A DNA stretch of 64,000 nt from Acidobacteriota bacterium (GTDB taxonomy: Bacteria; Acidobacteriota; UBA890). Position 1 is the stretch's first letter, and every line of letters begins with the position of its first letter. Under the pieces are notes generated by a model. It was given only the letters and a program-made list of their open reading frames with translations, ran no database searches and had not been told where the DNA came from. A program made the position numbers and the translations under genes. Of this stretch, positions 26,768 through 34,757 are shown one piece after another. The stretch spans positions 2,512,741-2,576,740 of the forward strand of contig OZ244217.1 of assembly GCA_965216935.1 (NCBI GenBank), given 5' to 3'.

Positions 26768-28675
26768 ATGAACCTCCATCTCGAGGATCCCGGGCTCACG
26801 GTCGCATTGGCGCTCGCCGTCGGCCTCTCGGCCCAGGCCCTCGGCCGGCATCTGCGAGTCCCCGGAATCGTCGTGCTGCTCGCCGCGGGTGCGGCGCTCG
26901 GTCCCGACGGCGCCGGCCTGATCGACCCCGAGGTTCTCGGCGGCGGCCTCGAGATCCTCGTCAGCTACGCCGTCGCGGTCATCCTTTTCGAAGGAGGCCT
27001 GAACCTGAACCTCAGCCGGCTCCGCCGCCAGGCCGTGGTGATTCGCCGGTTGATCACCGAGGGAGCCTTCATCACCACCGCGGGCGGAGTCCTGCTGGCG
27101 CGGTACGTGATGGGCTGGCCCTGGCCGGTCTCGCTGGTGTTTGGCTCACTGGTCATGGTCACCGGTCCGACCGTGATTACGCCACTGCTCCGCCGCACCC
27201 GGATCAAGCGCCAGCTCCACACGATTCTCGAGGCCGAGGGTGTGTTCATCGACGCCGTCGGTGCGCTGACCGCGGTCGCCGTATTCGACGCCGTCTTCTC
27301 CGGTTTGGGGCCGGAGGGCGAAGCCTCGGCGGGGGTGCTGGCGGATTTCGTCGTTCGCTTCGGCGGTGGCTGCGTCATCGGGTTGATCGGCGGCGCGCTG
27401 ATGGTGCTCATCGTGCGCTGGGATCGGGTGGTCCCGCGGGGGTTGGAGAACGTGTTCTTCCTGTCGCTCGTGCTGGTCCTGTTTCAGGCGAGCAACGCCC
27501 TGCTGCATGAATCCGGCATCGCCGCCGCAGCCGTCGCCGGCGTGCTGGTGGGCAACACGAAGACGCGGCTGACGCGGGAGCTGCGCGAGTTCAAGGAACA
27601 GCTCACCGTCATGTTGATCGGCATGTTGTTCGTGCTTTTGGCCGCCGACGTCGGTCTCCGGGACGTCCTGGACCTGGGTGTTCCCGGATTGATCACCGTT
27701 GCCGGGTTGGCCTTTCTGGTCCGCCCGCTCTGCGTGCTCGTGAGCTCTCGGGGCACCTCTCTCGCCCCGAGCGACAAGGCGTTTCTCGCCTGGCTGGCGC
27801 CGCGTGGCATCGTGGCGGCGGCGGTGTCGTCGTTGTTCGCCCAGGAAATGACACGCAACGGGATCCCCGGCGGAACCGAGCTGCGCGCGCTGGTGTTCCT
27901 GGTCATCGGGGTCACCGTACTGGTGCAGGGGCTGCTGGCCGGGCCGGTTGCCGGCCTTCTCGGTGTGCGCCGGCCGCATCGCGGCTACGTGATCTTGGGA
28001 GCCAACGGCCTCGGGCTGGCGCTCGGCGCTGCCCTGCGTGACGGTGGGCACGAGATCGTGTTCATCGACAACAACGGCTCCGCCACCGGGCACGCGGAAC
28101 AGGCCGGTTTCAAGGCCCTGTGGGGCAGCGGGGTTGACACCGGGGTGCTCCAGCGAGCCGAGCTCGATGGCCGGCTCGGTGGCGTCGGAACGACGACCAA
28201 CGAGGAGGTGAACAGCCTTTTCGCCGACCTGGCACACGACACGTTTCGCACTCCGGCGTCGTACGCCGCCCTGCAGAAGGGCCGTCCGAGCCTGTCCATG
28301 GACAGCATGCGTGATGCGGGGGTGAAGATCCTCTACGGGGGGCCGGTGGACCTGGATCGCTGGGCGCTGAGGTTTCATCGCGACCGCGCCGTGAGCGAGC
28401 GCTGGGAGCTGGGAGAGCCCGGGGAGCTGCGGGAGCCGGGGGAGCTGCGGACCGGCAAGGGTGCGTTGGCGATCCCGGACGACCTCGAAAGTGCTCTGCT
28501 GCCGCTCGCCTGGGGGCGCAAGGAAGGCGCGGAGCCTTTTCACGACGGGGTTCGCCTCAAGGAGGGTCGGCGGGTGTGGTTCGCCGTCGCCGAGGATCGT
28601 GGCGACGAGGCCCGAGCCTGGCTGCGGGAGAGCGGTTGGTCTCCCCGTCCCGTGGCGGCGACTCCTTCGCCCTGA
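26768..28675 (+). CDS. CPA1-type cation/proton (Na+/H+) antiporter with C-terminal RCK/TrkA-N-like domain
   Basis: Track ORF 26768..28675. About 12 TM segments. A Rossmann-like YVILGANGLGLALGAALRDGGHEIVFIDNN follows the membrane domain. Confidence 0.85.
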   Translation: MNLHLEDPGLTVALALAVGLSAQALGRHLRVPGIVVLLAAGAALGPDGAGLIDPEVLGGGLEILVSYAVAVILFEGGLNLNLSRLRRQAVVIRRLITEGAFITTAGGVLLARYVMGWPWPVSLVFGSLVMVTGPTVITPLLRRTRIKRQLHTILEAEGVFIDAVGALTAVAVFDAVFSGLGPEGEASAGVLADFVVRFGGGCVIGLIGGALMVLIVRWDRVVPRGLENVFFLSLVLVLFQASNALLHESGIAAAAVAGVLVGNTKTRLTRELREFKEQLTVMLIGMLFVLLAADVGLRDVLDLGVPGLITVAGLAFLVRPLCVLVSSRGTSLAPSDKAFLAWLAPRGIVAAAVSSLFAQEMTRNGIPGGTELRALVFLVIGVTVLVQGLLAGPVAGLLGVRRPHRGYVILGANGLGLALGAALRDGGHEIVFIDNNGSATGHAEQAGFKALWGSGVDTGVLQRAELDGRLGGVGTTTNEEVNSLFADLAHDTFRTPASYAALQKGRPSLSMDSMRDAGVKILYGGPVDLDRWALRFHRDRAVSERWELGEPGELREPGELRTGKGALAIPDDLESALLPLAWGRKEGAEPFHDGVRLKEGRRVWFAVAEDRGDEARAWLRESGWSPRPVAATPSP

Positions 28676-28724
28676 ACCGAGGTCCGCTCTTGCGCCGTCG
28701 ATGGCGATGTGTTCTTATTCGAGC

Positions 28725-28746
28725 ATGTGGTGATTTTTCACCACGT
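28725..28746. promoter_or_regulatory. Candidate BlaI-family operator palindrome
   Basis: ATGTGGTGA-TTTT-TCACCACGT (8 of 9 positions symmetric), 44 nt upstream of the BlaI-like ATG, within a locally AT-richer stretch. Confidence 0.4.
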
Positions 28747-28789
28747 ACGACTTCGACACGCGATTTCGACCGAGCGGCGAGGAGACGCC

Positions 28790-29182
28790 ATGAGCAAACC
28801 ACCGCATTTCGACCTGAGTAGGCGGGAGCGCCAGATCATGGACGTCATCCACCGTCGGGGCCGGGCGACCGTCGGCGAGATCCAGGAGGAGCTCGATAGC
28901 GAGGCGACCTACTCGGCGATCCGCTCGGCCCTGCGGCTGCTGCGCGAAAAGGCCGTGATCCGGTATGAACACGACGGCAAGAAATACGTATACCTACCGT
29001 CGATCCCTCGCCACGAGGCGCGGGAGTCGGCGTTGAAGCATCTCGTGGACACATTCTTTTCCGGCTCACAGGCCGCCACGGTGAGCGCCATCCTCGAGAT
29101 GGGCGACACCGACCTGCCGGACGAAGAGCTCGATCGCCTCGACGATATCGTTTCGCGAGCCCGCGGCAAGGACGAACAATGA
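28790..29182 (+). CDS. BlaI/MecI/CopY-family winged-helix transcriptional repressor
   Basis: In frame with track ORF 28709..29182. ATG 28790 follows GGAGA. Family-typical LSRRERQIMDVIHRRGRATVGEIQEEL...YSAIRSALRLLREKAVI. Confidence 0.85.
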   Translation: MSKPPHFDLSRRERQIMDVIHRRGRATVGEIQEELDSEATYSAIRSALRLLREKAVIRYEHDGKKYVYLPSIPRHEARESALKHLVDTFFSGSQAATVSAILEMGDTDLPDEELDRLDDIVSRARGKDEQ

Positions 29183-32142
29183 CGACGACCTGGTTCATCG
29201 GCCTCGCGGTCAAGGCGACGTTGTTGCTGCTGTCGGCCGTACTGATCGCCGGCGCCGCCCGCCGGAGCCCCGCGGCGACGCGGCATTTCGTTTGGCTTGC
29301 CGCCCTCGGCGCCCTGCTCGTGCTACCGGTCATGGCCGTAGTGGGGCCGGCGTGGTCGCCTGGCTGGGCGGCGACGTGGCTGCCGGACTACCTCCTTCTC
29401 GACACGCTGGACGTGATCGCAGCGACAGAGCCCGGCGGAATCCCGCAAGGGTCCCCGGATGCCGAAGCAAACGGCGCCCAGGCCTCGGCCGGGGCCGAAA
29501 CCTCGGACCGAGCCGTTCGATCGCTGACTCTCGTTTTGTCGCAGCAGGCCTCCGGAGAGAGGTCGGCGGCGGATCTCGCCCCGGCCGGTAGGCTAGCGCC
29601 GCTCTCCGCGGGTTCGTCGGCGACCGACGTCGCCGGTACCGCGGCACCGATCGTCACCGGGGCCGGGCTGTCGCCGTGGCTGATTCTGTTGTGGGTCGTC
29701 GGGGCGCTGACGATGTTGATGCGGTTGGGCGTCGGGTTCGCGCGGCGCGCACGCATCGCCCGGGACGCGACTCCAGTCGAGGCGGGATCGATCGTTTCCG
29801 CCAGCGAGGAGGCGGCCCGTGACCTCGGCCTCGGTCGAGGCGCCCGCATTCTCCTGGGGGATTCCCACCTCGTTCCCATGACCTGGGGCGTCCTCCGGCC
29901 GGTGCTGTTCCTTCCGTCCGCCGCGCGCAATTGGCCGGGTCGCCGCCTGCGCACGGTCTTGCTGCACGAGCTGGCACACATCAAGCGGCGTGACTCGCTG
30001 TCGCGGACGCTGGCTCAGCTCTCCTGTGGCGTCTTCTGGTTCCATCCCCTGGCCTGGCTGTCCGCCTGGAGGATGCTGCGCGAGCAGGAACGCGCCTGCG
30101 ACGACGTCGTCATCCTTGCCGGGGAAGATCCGCATCACTACGCCGAGACGCTCGTCGCCATCGCCCGCGAGTTTCGTGGTCCGCGTCCGAGCGTCGTCGG
30201 TGCGCTGGCCTTTTCACGCCGCTCCAACCTCGAGCACCGTGTGCTCTCCATCCTCGATCCCCTCGAGAGGCGCAGAAAGTTGAGTCCCATACGAAAAGCG
30301 TTGTTGTCGGTAGTCTTCATCGGCATGGCGGCCCCGCTGGCCGCTCTTCATCCCACCGCGACGGCGCAGGAGCCGGACAAGCAGGCGAGCGCGACGAACA
30401 AGTCGAAGCCTCAGGGCATCGTCGTGAAGCGGCCGGACGCCAAGGTAGAGGGTGTCTCCGTGGTCGTCCCGGGTCCCGTCGGGAAGAGCGCTCCGGGGAG
30501 CGACGTGGCACCGCAGGCCGATGCACCGGCGCCGCAAGCAGTCAGGGTGTCGCCGCCGACAGGACGCGCGGCTCCGCAGGCTGACGCCGCTGCCCCGCGA
30601 GTTGCCGTGGCAGTTCGGCAGGCCGATGCGCTGCCGCCGGGCGTGGGCGTGGTCGCGCCGCGAGCCGATACGCTCCCGCCGGGCGTGGTCGCGCCGCGAG
30701 CCGATACGCTCCCACCGGGCGTGGACGTCGTCGCGCCGCGAGCCGATGCGCTCCCACCAGGCGTAGGCGAGGCGGTGCCGCAAGCTGATGCGCGCCCGCC
30801 CGTGGTCGGGGTCGTGGCCCCGCGCGCCGGCGCGTCGGGCATCGGAACGGTCGTCCCGCGGGCAACCTCCGGGGTTGCAGGCACCGGCGTGATAGCGCCG
30901 CGAGCGGATGCAGGGGTGCCCGGCATCGGTGTGGCGCCGCGGCCGACCGGCGCTACGGGTACCGGCGTTGTCGCCCCGCGGGCGGACGGCGGTAGCTCGG
31001 GCATCGGGGTTGTCGCGCCCGCTGCCGAGCAGGAAGCCCGGGCGGTGGAACAGCGGCGGAGGGTGCGGCGGGTCGATTCTTCAAGCCGCATCGAGGTCCG
31101 CGCGGAGCAGGTCGTTCGCATCGCCTCCAGCGTCGACGATGTCGAGCTCGAAGATGGCGGCAGCCTTGTGATCAGCGAGGGCAATCGGCGCCTGGAAATC
31201 CGACGCACGTCGTCCGGAGAGCGGCAGCAAAGCTATTCGGTCGACGGCTCCGAAGCCGCATTCGACGACGATGCTCGCGAGTGGGCCGACGGGATCCTCG
31301 AGCACGTCGCCCGCATCGGCACGATGAGAGGCAACATCCAGATCACGACGAGTCGCGGCGAGATCGGGGAGATCGCCGACCTCCGGCTCGAGCTGGAGCC
31401 GCTGGAGCTGGCGCTCGAAGAGCTTCAGCTCCAGATGGAGCCGTTGGAGCTGGCCATCCAGGGCATCGAGCCGCTGGAGCTGGCTATCGAGGGCATTGAG
31501 CTCGAGCCGTTGGAGCTCGCGATCGAGCCGCTCGAGGCCATTGAGCTCGCCATCGAACCGCTCGATATCCGGGTGGAACTTGCCGAGGTCGCCGAGCTCA
31601 CGGAGCTCAACGCGGAGCGGGTGCAGATAGCGATCGAGGGGATGCAGAAAGAGATGGTGGAGCTCCAACTCGAGCTCGAACGGGCGATGGAGCCGTTGGA
31701 GATTGCCATCGAGCCCTTGGAGATCGCCATCGAGCCGCTGGAGCTCGCGATCCATGATCTCGAGTACGCCATCGAGCCGCTGGAGCTGGCCTTGGACTTG
31801 CCGCTGATCTCGGACCTGCGTCTGCAGCGCTTTGACCACATCTCCACCTGGACCGAGGGAGGCTCGCGGTTCGTCGCCCTGCGATCGGGCGGGGTGAAGC
31901 TCGGCGAGACCGTGGATGGCATCGAGGTCGGCGAGGAAGGTGATCTGATCATCGACGAGCGAACCGCCGACGACCTCCACCGTCGCCTGCACGTGTTCGC
32001 GAACGAGAACGGCGAAACCGTATTCGAGTGGCTCGTCGACGGAGACCAGGTGCCGTTCGACGCCGCCGGGCGCGAATGGCTCCAGCCGATTCTCGACTGG
32101 TTGAACGACAACCGCTGGGACGAGGCGGCGCTTCTGTTCTGA
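29179..32142 (+). CDS. M56-family (BlaR1-like) membrane metallopeptidase/sensor with long repeat-rich C-terminal region
   Basis: ATGA overlap with the BlaI-like stop. N-terminal TM segments. HExxH in LLHELAHIKRRD. The C-terminal ~600 aa are made of APRAD..LPPGV and EPLELAIE repeats plus two related globular modules. Confidence 0.85.
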   Translation: MTTTWFIGLAVKATLLLLSAVLIAGAARRSPAATRHFVWLAALGALLVLPVMAVVGPAWSPGWAATWLPDYLLLDTLDVIAATEPGGIPQGSPDAEANGAQASAGAETSDRAVRSLTLVLSQQASGERSAADLAPAGRLAPLSAGSSATDVAGTAAPIVTGAGLSPWLILLWVVGALTMLMRLGVGFARRARIARDATPVEAGSIVSASEEAARDLGLGRGARILLGDSHLVPMTWGVLRPVLFLPSAARNWPGRRLRTVLLHELAHIKRRDSLSRTLAQLSCGVFWFHPLAWLSAWRMLREQERACDDVVILAGEDPHHYAETLVAIAREFRGPRPSVVGALAFSRRSNLEHRVLSILDPLERRRKLSPIRKALLSVVFIGMAAPLAALHPTATAQEPDKQASATNKSKPQGIVVKRPDAKVEGVSVVVPGPVGKSAPGSDVAPQADAPAPQAVRVSPPTGRAAPQADAAAPRVAVAVRQADALPPGVGVVAPRADTLPPGVVAPRADTLPPGVDVVAPRADALPPGVGEAVPQADARPPVVGVVAPRAGASGIGTVVPRATSGVAGTGVIAPRADAGVPGIGVAPRPTGATGTGVVAPRADGGSSGIGVVAPAAEQEARAVEQRRRVRRVDSSSRIEVRAEQVVRIASSVDDVELEDGGSLVISEGNRRLEIRRTSSGERQQSYSVDGSEAAFDDDAREWADGILEHVARIGTMRGNIQITTSRGEIGEIADLRLELEPLELALEELQLQMEPLELAIQGIEPLELAIEGIELEPLELAIEPLEAIELAIEPLDIRVELAEVAELTELNAERVQIAIEGMQKEMVELQLELERAMEPLEIAIEPLEIAIEPLELAIHDLEYAIEPLELALDLPLISDLRLQRFDHISTWTEGGSRFVALRSGGVKLGETVDGIEVGEEGDLIIDERTADDLHRRLHVFANENGETVFEWLVDGDQVPFDAAGREWLQPILDWLNDNRWDEAALLF
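30508..31030 (+). repeat. In-frame degenerate repeats (~33-36 nt) encoding about 12 copies of (V)VAPRAD(x)LPPGVG-like motif
   Basis: Seen in the translation: ...VAPRADTLPPGVVAPRADTLPPGVDVVAPRADALPPGVGEAVPQADARPPVVGVVAPRAG... Confidence 0.8.
31375..31825 (+). repeat. In-frame acidic Leu/Glu/Pro repeats (EPLELAIE-type, ~24 nt)
   Basis: Translation: LELEPLELALEELQLQMEPLELAIQGIEPLELAIEGIELEPLELAIEPLEAIELAIEPL ... MEPLEIAIEPLEIAIEPLELAIHDLEYAIEPLELAL. Confidence 0.8.
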
Positions 32143-32300
32143 CCCGGTCTGATCCTGCCTGTCCGGCTTGATCCGATCCGGCCTGGTCCGGCTTGATGCG
32201 GCCCTGCCTGTCCGGATTGATCCGATCCGGCCTGGTCCGGCTTGATCCCGTCCGGCCTGATCTGGATTGACCCGGTCCGGCCTGATCCGGTCGGCCGGGT
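32143..32300. repeat. Intergenic tandem repeats: 44-nt direct repeat x2 (43/44 identical, period 49) built from TCCGGCYTGATC-like sub-units
   Basis: Copies at 32154-32197 and 32203-32246. The degenerate sub-unit occurs about 8 times up to about 32300. Starts right after the BlaR1-like stop codon (32140-32142). Confidence 0.85.
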
Positions 32301-32314
32301 CAGGGCGCGTGCCG

Positions 32315-32545
32315 TCAGTGAGACGGTTCGCGCTTGCCTCCCGGCTTGGCCAACCAGAGCCCGGCGAGCATGCCGAGCAACCACGCAACGACCCACAGCA
32401 CCCGGTCGTTCTTGCTCGCCAGGCGGATGCCGAGCATGTCCTCGGGGATTTGCATGATGCCGCCGAGGTCGAGCATGCCCATCAGGGTGAAGACCGTCGC
32501 CACGACGAACAGTAGCCAGCCGAAGATTCGCAGGAGAGGTTTCAT
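32315..32545 (-). CDS. Small (76 aa) two-TM membrane protein
   Basis: Track ORF 32315..32545. Its ATG overlaps the stop of the upstream UPF0261 gene (ATGA). Two hydrophobic helices. Confidence 0.55.
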   Translation of the reverse strand: MKPLLRIFGWLLFVVATVFTLMGMLDLGGIMQIPEDMLGIRLASKNDRVLWVVAWLLGMLAGLWLAKPGGKREPSH

Positions 32546-33879
32546 GGAGTGCTCCGGTGGACCTCCAGCAGCGCAACCATGCGGCTCACCGCCTCGTCAA
32601 TGAACGCCGGATCCTCGGCACCGGCGTCGATCTTCACGATTTCGATCGTGTCCGGCAGGCCCGACTCGAGAGCGTCGAAAAACGCCGCGTCGGCGTCGGG
32701 TTCGTGCAGCGGCCCGCCGGGAATCGAGTAGCGGCTGACGCCCCTGAGCGGTAGCAGGAAGGCGGCATCGCCGCGGGTTCCCTCGAGGCGGCGGCATATC
32801 TCTTCGGCCACGCGCACGCCCTCCTTTCGGTCGAGCCGTGGAACGAAGATCACCGGGCTGTGAAAGACGTGCAGGTGGTCGCGGTAGGCGTCCGGCACGA
32901 CGTTCGGTTCGACGAACAGCCCGAGGTGCTCCGCACCGCCGGGGCACAGGACCTGCGGGATACCGAGTCGAGATGCGACGGTCAGGCGCTCGGGTCCGCC
33001 CGCCCGGAGGCCGCCGAAAACGTCATCGGCGATCTCGCCCATGGCGTAGTCGAACACGCCGTCGACGACGCCGTCCTTCATGAGTTGCTCCATGGCCCGG
33101 CCGCCCGAGCCGACAGCGTGGAAGACCACGACCTCGCACCCGGCCTCACGAAGGCCCTGCATCGCCCGGTTGGCCCCCTCGCTGAGGACTCCCAGGTTGG
33201 TCATGGCGATCAACGGCTTGTCATCGCCGCGCTCCTCGGAGACATCGGCGTTCCGCGCCATGCCGTAGGCGGCCGCCGCGGCGTTCGAGAGGATCCTGGC
33301 GGTGAACGAATTCACCCCCATCAGGTCGCTCACCGAGAACATCATGGTGATGTCTTTGATGCCGACGAACGGGGCGGTGTCGCCCGAGGCGGCCGTCGAT
33401 ACCATGAGCTTGGGGAAGCCGTAAGGCAGGGCCTGCATCACGGCGGTGCACGAGGAGGTGCCCTGGGTGCCGCCGATACCGAGCAGCGCGTGAGCATTTC
33501 CGGCGTCGACGAGGTCCAGGACGATGCGGGTGGCGCCCTCGATCATCACCGGTCCGGCGTGCTCCCGGGTAGGTTCCGCGAGCAGCTCCGCCAGCGGCGT
33601 GCCGCCGGCGCGGGCTACGTCTTCCCGCGTCGCGTCCGCCCGCGCGCCCGGTTTGCCGACGACGCCGATGTCCACCAGGATGACGGTGCCGCCGAGTGCT
33701 TCGATACGATCGCGCAGGTAGATCGCTTCGTCGGCCTTCGTATCGAGCGTCGCAAGGACGACGACGGTGGGCTTCGCGGCCGACGTGGAGGGCGGAGTCG
33801 TGGCGGGGCCGTCCGCGGCAGGGGTGTCCGTGGCGGGGGTATCCGCGGCGGGGGTGTCCGCGGCGTCGCCCGCACTCAA
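32542..33879 (-). CDS. UPF0261 / Tm-1-like ATP-binding domain protein
   Basis: C-terminal part of track ORF 32542..34623. Family-typical KPTVVVLATLDTKADEAIYLRDRIE... The only in-frame start after the upstream gene is TTG 33879, which overlaps that gene's TGA (TTGA). The start is uncertain. Confidence 0.7.
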   Translation of the reverse strand: MSAGDAADTPAADTPATDTPAADGPATTPPSTSAAKPTVVVLATLDTKADEAIYLRDRIEALGGTVILVDIGVVGKPGARADATREDVARAGGTPLAELLAEPTREHAGPVMIEGATRIVLDLVDAGNAHALLGIGGTQGTSSCTAVMQALPYGFPKLMVSTAASGDTAPFVGIKDITMMFSVSDLMGVNSFTARILSNAAAAAYGMARNADVSEERGDDKPLIAMTNLGVLSEGANRAMQGLREAGCEVVVFHAVGSGGRAMEQLMKDGVVDGVFDYAMGEIADDVFGGLRAGGPERLTVASRLGIPQVLCPGGAEHLGLFVEPNVVPDAYRDHLHVFHSPVIFVPRLDRKEGVRVAEEICRRLEGTRGDAAFLLPLRGVSRYSIPGGPLHEPDADAAFFDALESGLPDTIEIVKIDAGAEDPAFIDEAVSRMVALLEVHRSTP

Positions 33880-34757
33880 AGTTCGTCTCCGCTCGTAGCG
33901 GTAGCGCCGAATTGGAGCGCGGCGAACTCCCCGGCCGCCTTTGATACGGCCCGCTCGATCGGCAACCGCTCGGTCGATGACCCCGTCCAGAAGCCGTGGC
34001 CGGTCGTGTGATCCAACATGTACTGCGTGTCCTCCGGTGTTTCCATCGCCGCGCCGTGGCAGACCAGGATGGTGTCCGGGGCGATCTCGCGTACTTTGGC
34101 GTAGACCTCCTCGGTGCGTTTCGCCGTTTCCGCGATCGTCTCGCCGGAGTCGTAACCGACAAGACCGCCCTTCGTCGTCCCGGCATGAAAGCAGAAAATG
34201 TCCGGCCGCGCCTGCTCGATGACCTGCAGGCTGTCCTCCCGATCGAAGGCCAGGGCCACCGTCACCAGCCCCATTTCCTTCGCCAGCGCCAGCATTTCGA
34301 CCTCGTTGTCGAAGGTGATGCCGCTCTTGACCAGCACCTTGTAAAGATTGCTGTCCTTGTCGACGTAGCTGATCGACGGGCCGATGTTCGAAACCGACAT
34401 GACGCCCATCGACTTCAGCCGTTCGAGCACCGACCGCATGTCCCGCAGCGGATCGTTGGCATTGATGCAGGCGCAAACGAACGCGTCGCCAGCGATCGCC
34501 GGCATGACGTCCTGCTCGGTGTAATCGAGCGTTTGCCGGTTGGAGTCGAGGATCGGCCACATCATCGACATCGTCCCCATCCCGTTGGCCCGCAGGCGCG
34601 CTCCCGAGAAGGTGTTGATGCAATCGACGCCCGCCTTCTCCAGCAACTTCGCCACCAGGCCGCTGCCGGCGCTGGCGATGAAGATCGGTTTGCGGGCGTC
34701 GACCTTGGCACGGAGCCTGGCGAGGATCTCCTCGCGGGTGGTGCGCGGAACGATCAT
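33876..34757 (-). CDS. Phosphoenolpyruvate hydrolase-like TIM-barrel protein (usual partner of UPF0261)
   Basis: C-terminal part of track ORF 33876..35369; ATG 34757 (MIVPRTTREEILARLR) overlaps the upstream stop (ATGA). Family-typical IFIASAGSGLVAKLLEKAGVDCI. Confidence 0.8.
   Translation of the reverse strand: MIVPRTTREEILARLRAKVDARKPIFIASAGSGLVAKLLEKAGVDCINTFSGARLRANGMGTMSMMWPILDSNRQTLDYTEQDVMPAIAGDAFVCACINANDPLRDMRSVLERLKSMGVMSVSNIGPSISYVDKDSNLYKVLVKSGITFDNEVEMLALAKEMGLVTVALAFDREDSLQVIEQARPDIFCFHAGTTKGGLVGYDSGETIAETAKRTEEVYAKVREIAPDTILVCHGAAMETPEDTQYMLDHTTGHGFWTGSSTERLPIERAVSKAAGEFAALQFGATATSGDEL

Noticed and set aside
31081-32576. Minus-strand ORFs 31081..32388 and 31425..32576 translating the repeat region as PDRIKPD-type peptide repeats
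   Set aside because: They are antisense to the BlaR1-like gene and run through the intergenic tandem repeat. The periodic peptide is a by-product of the DNA repeat.
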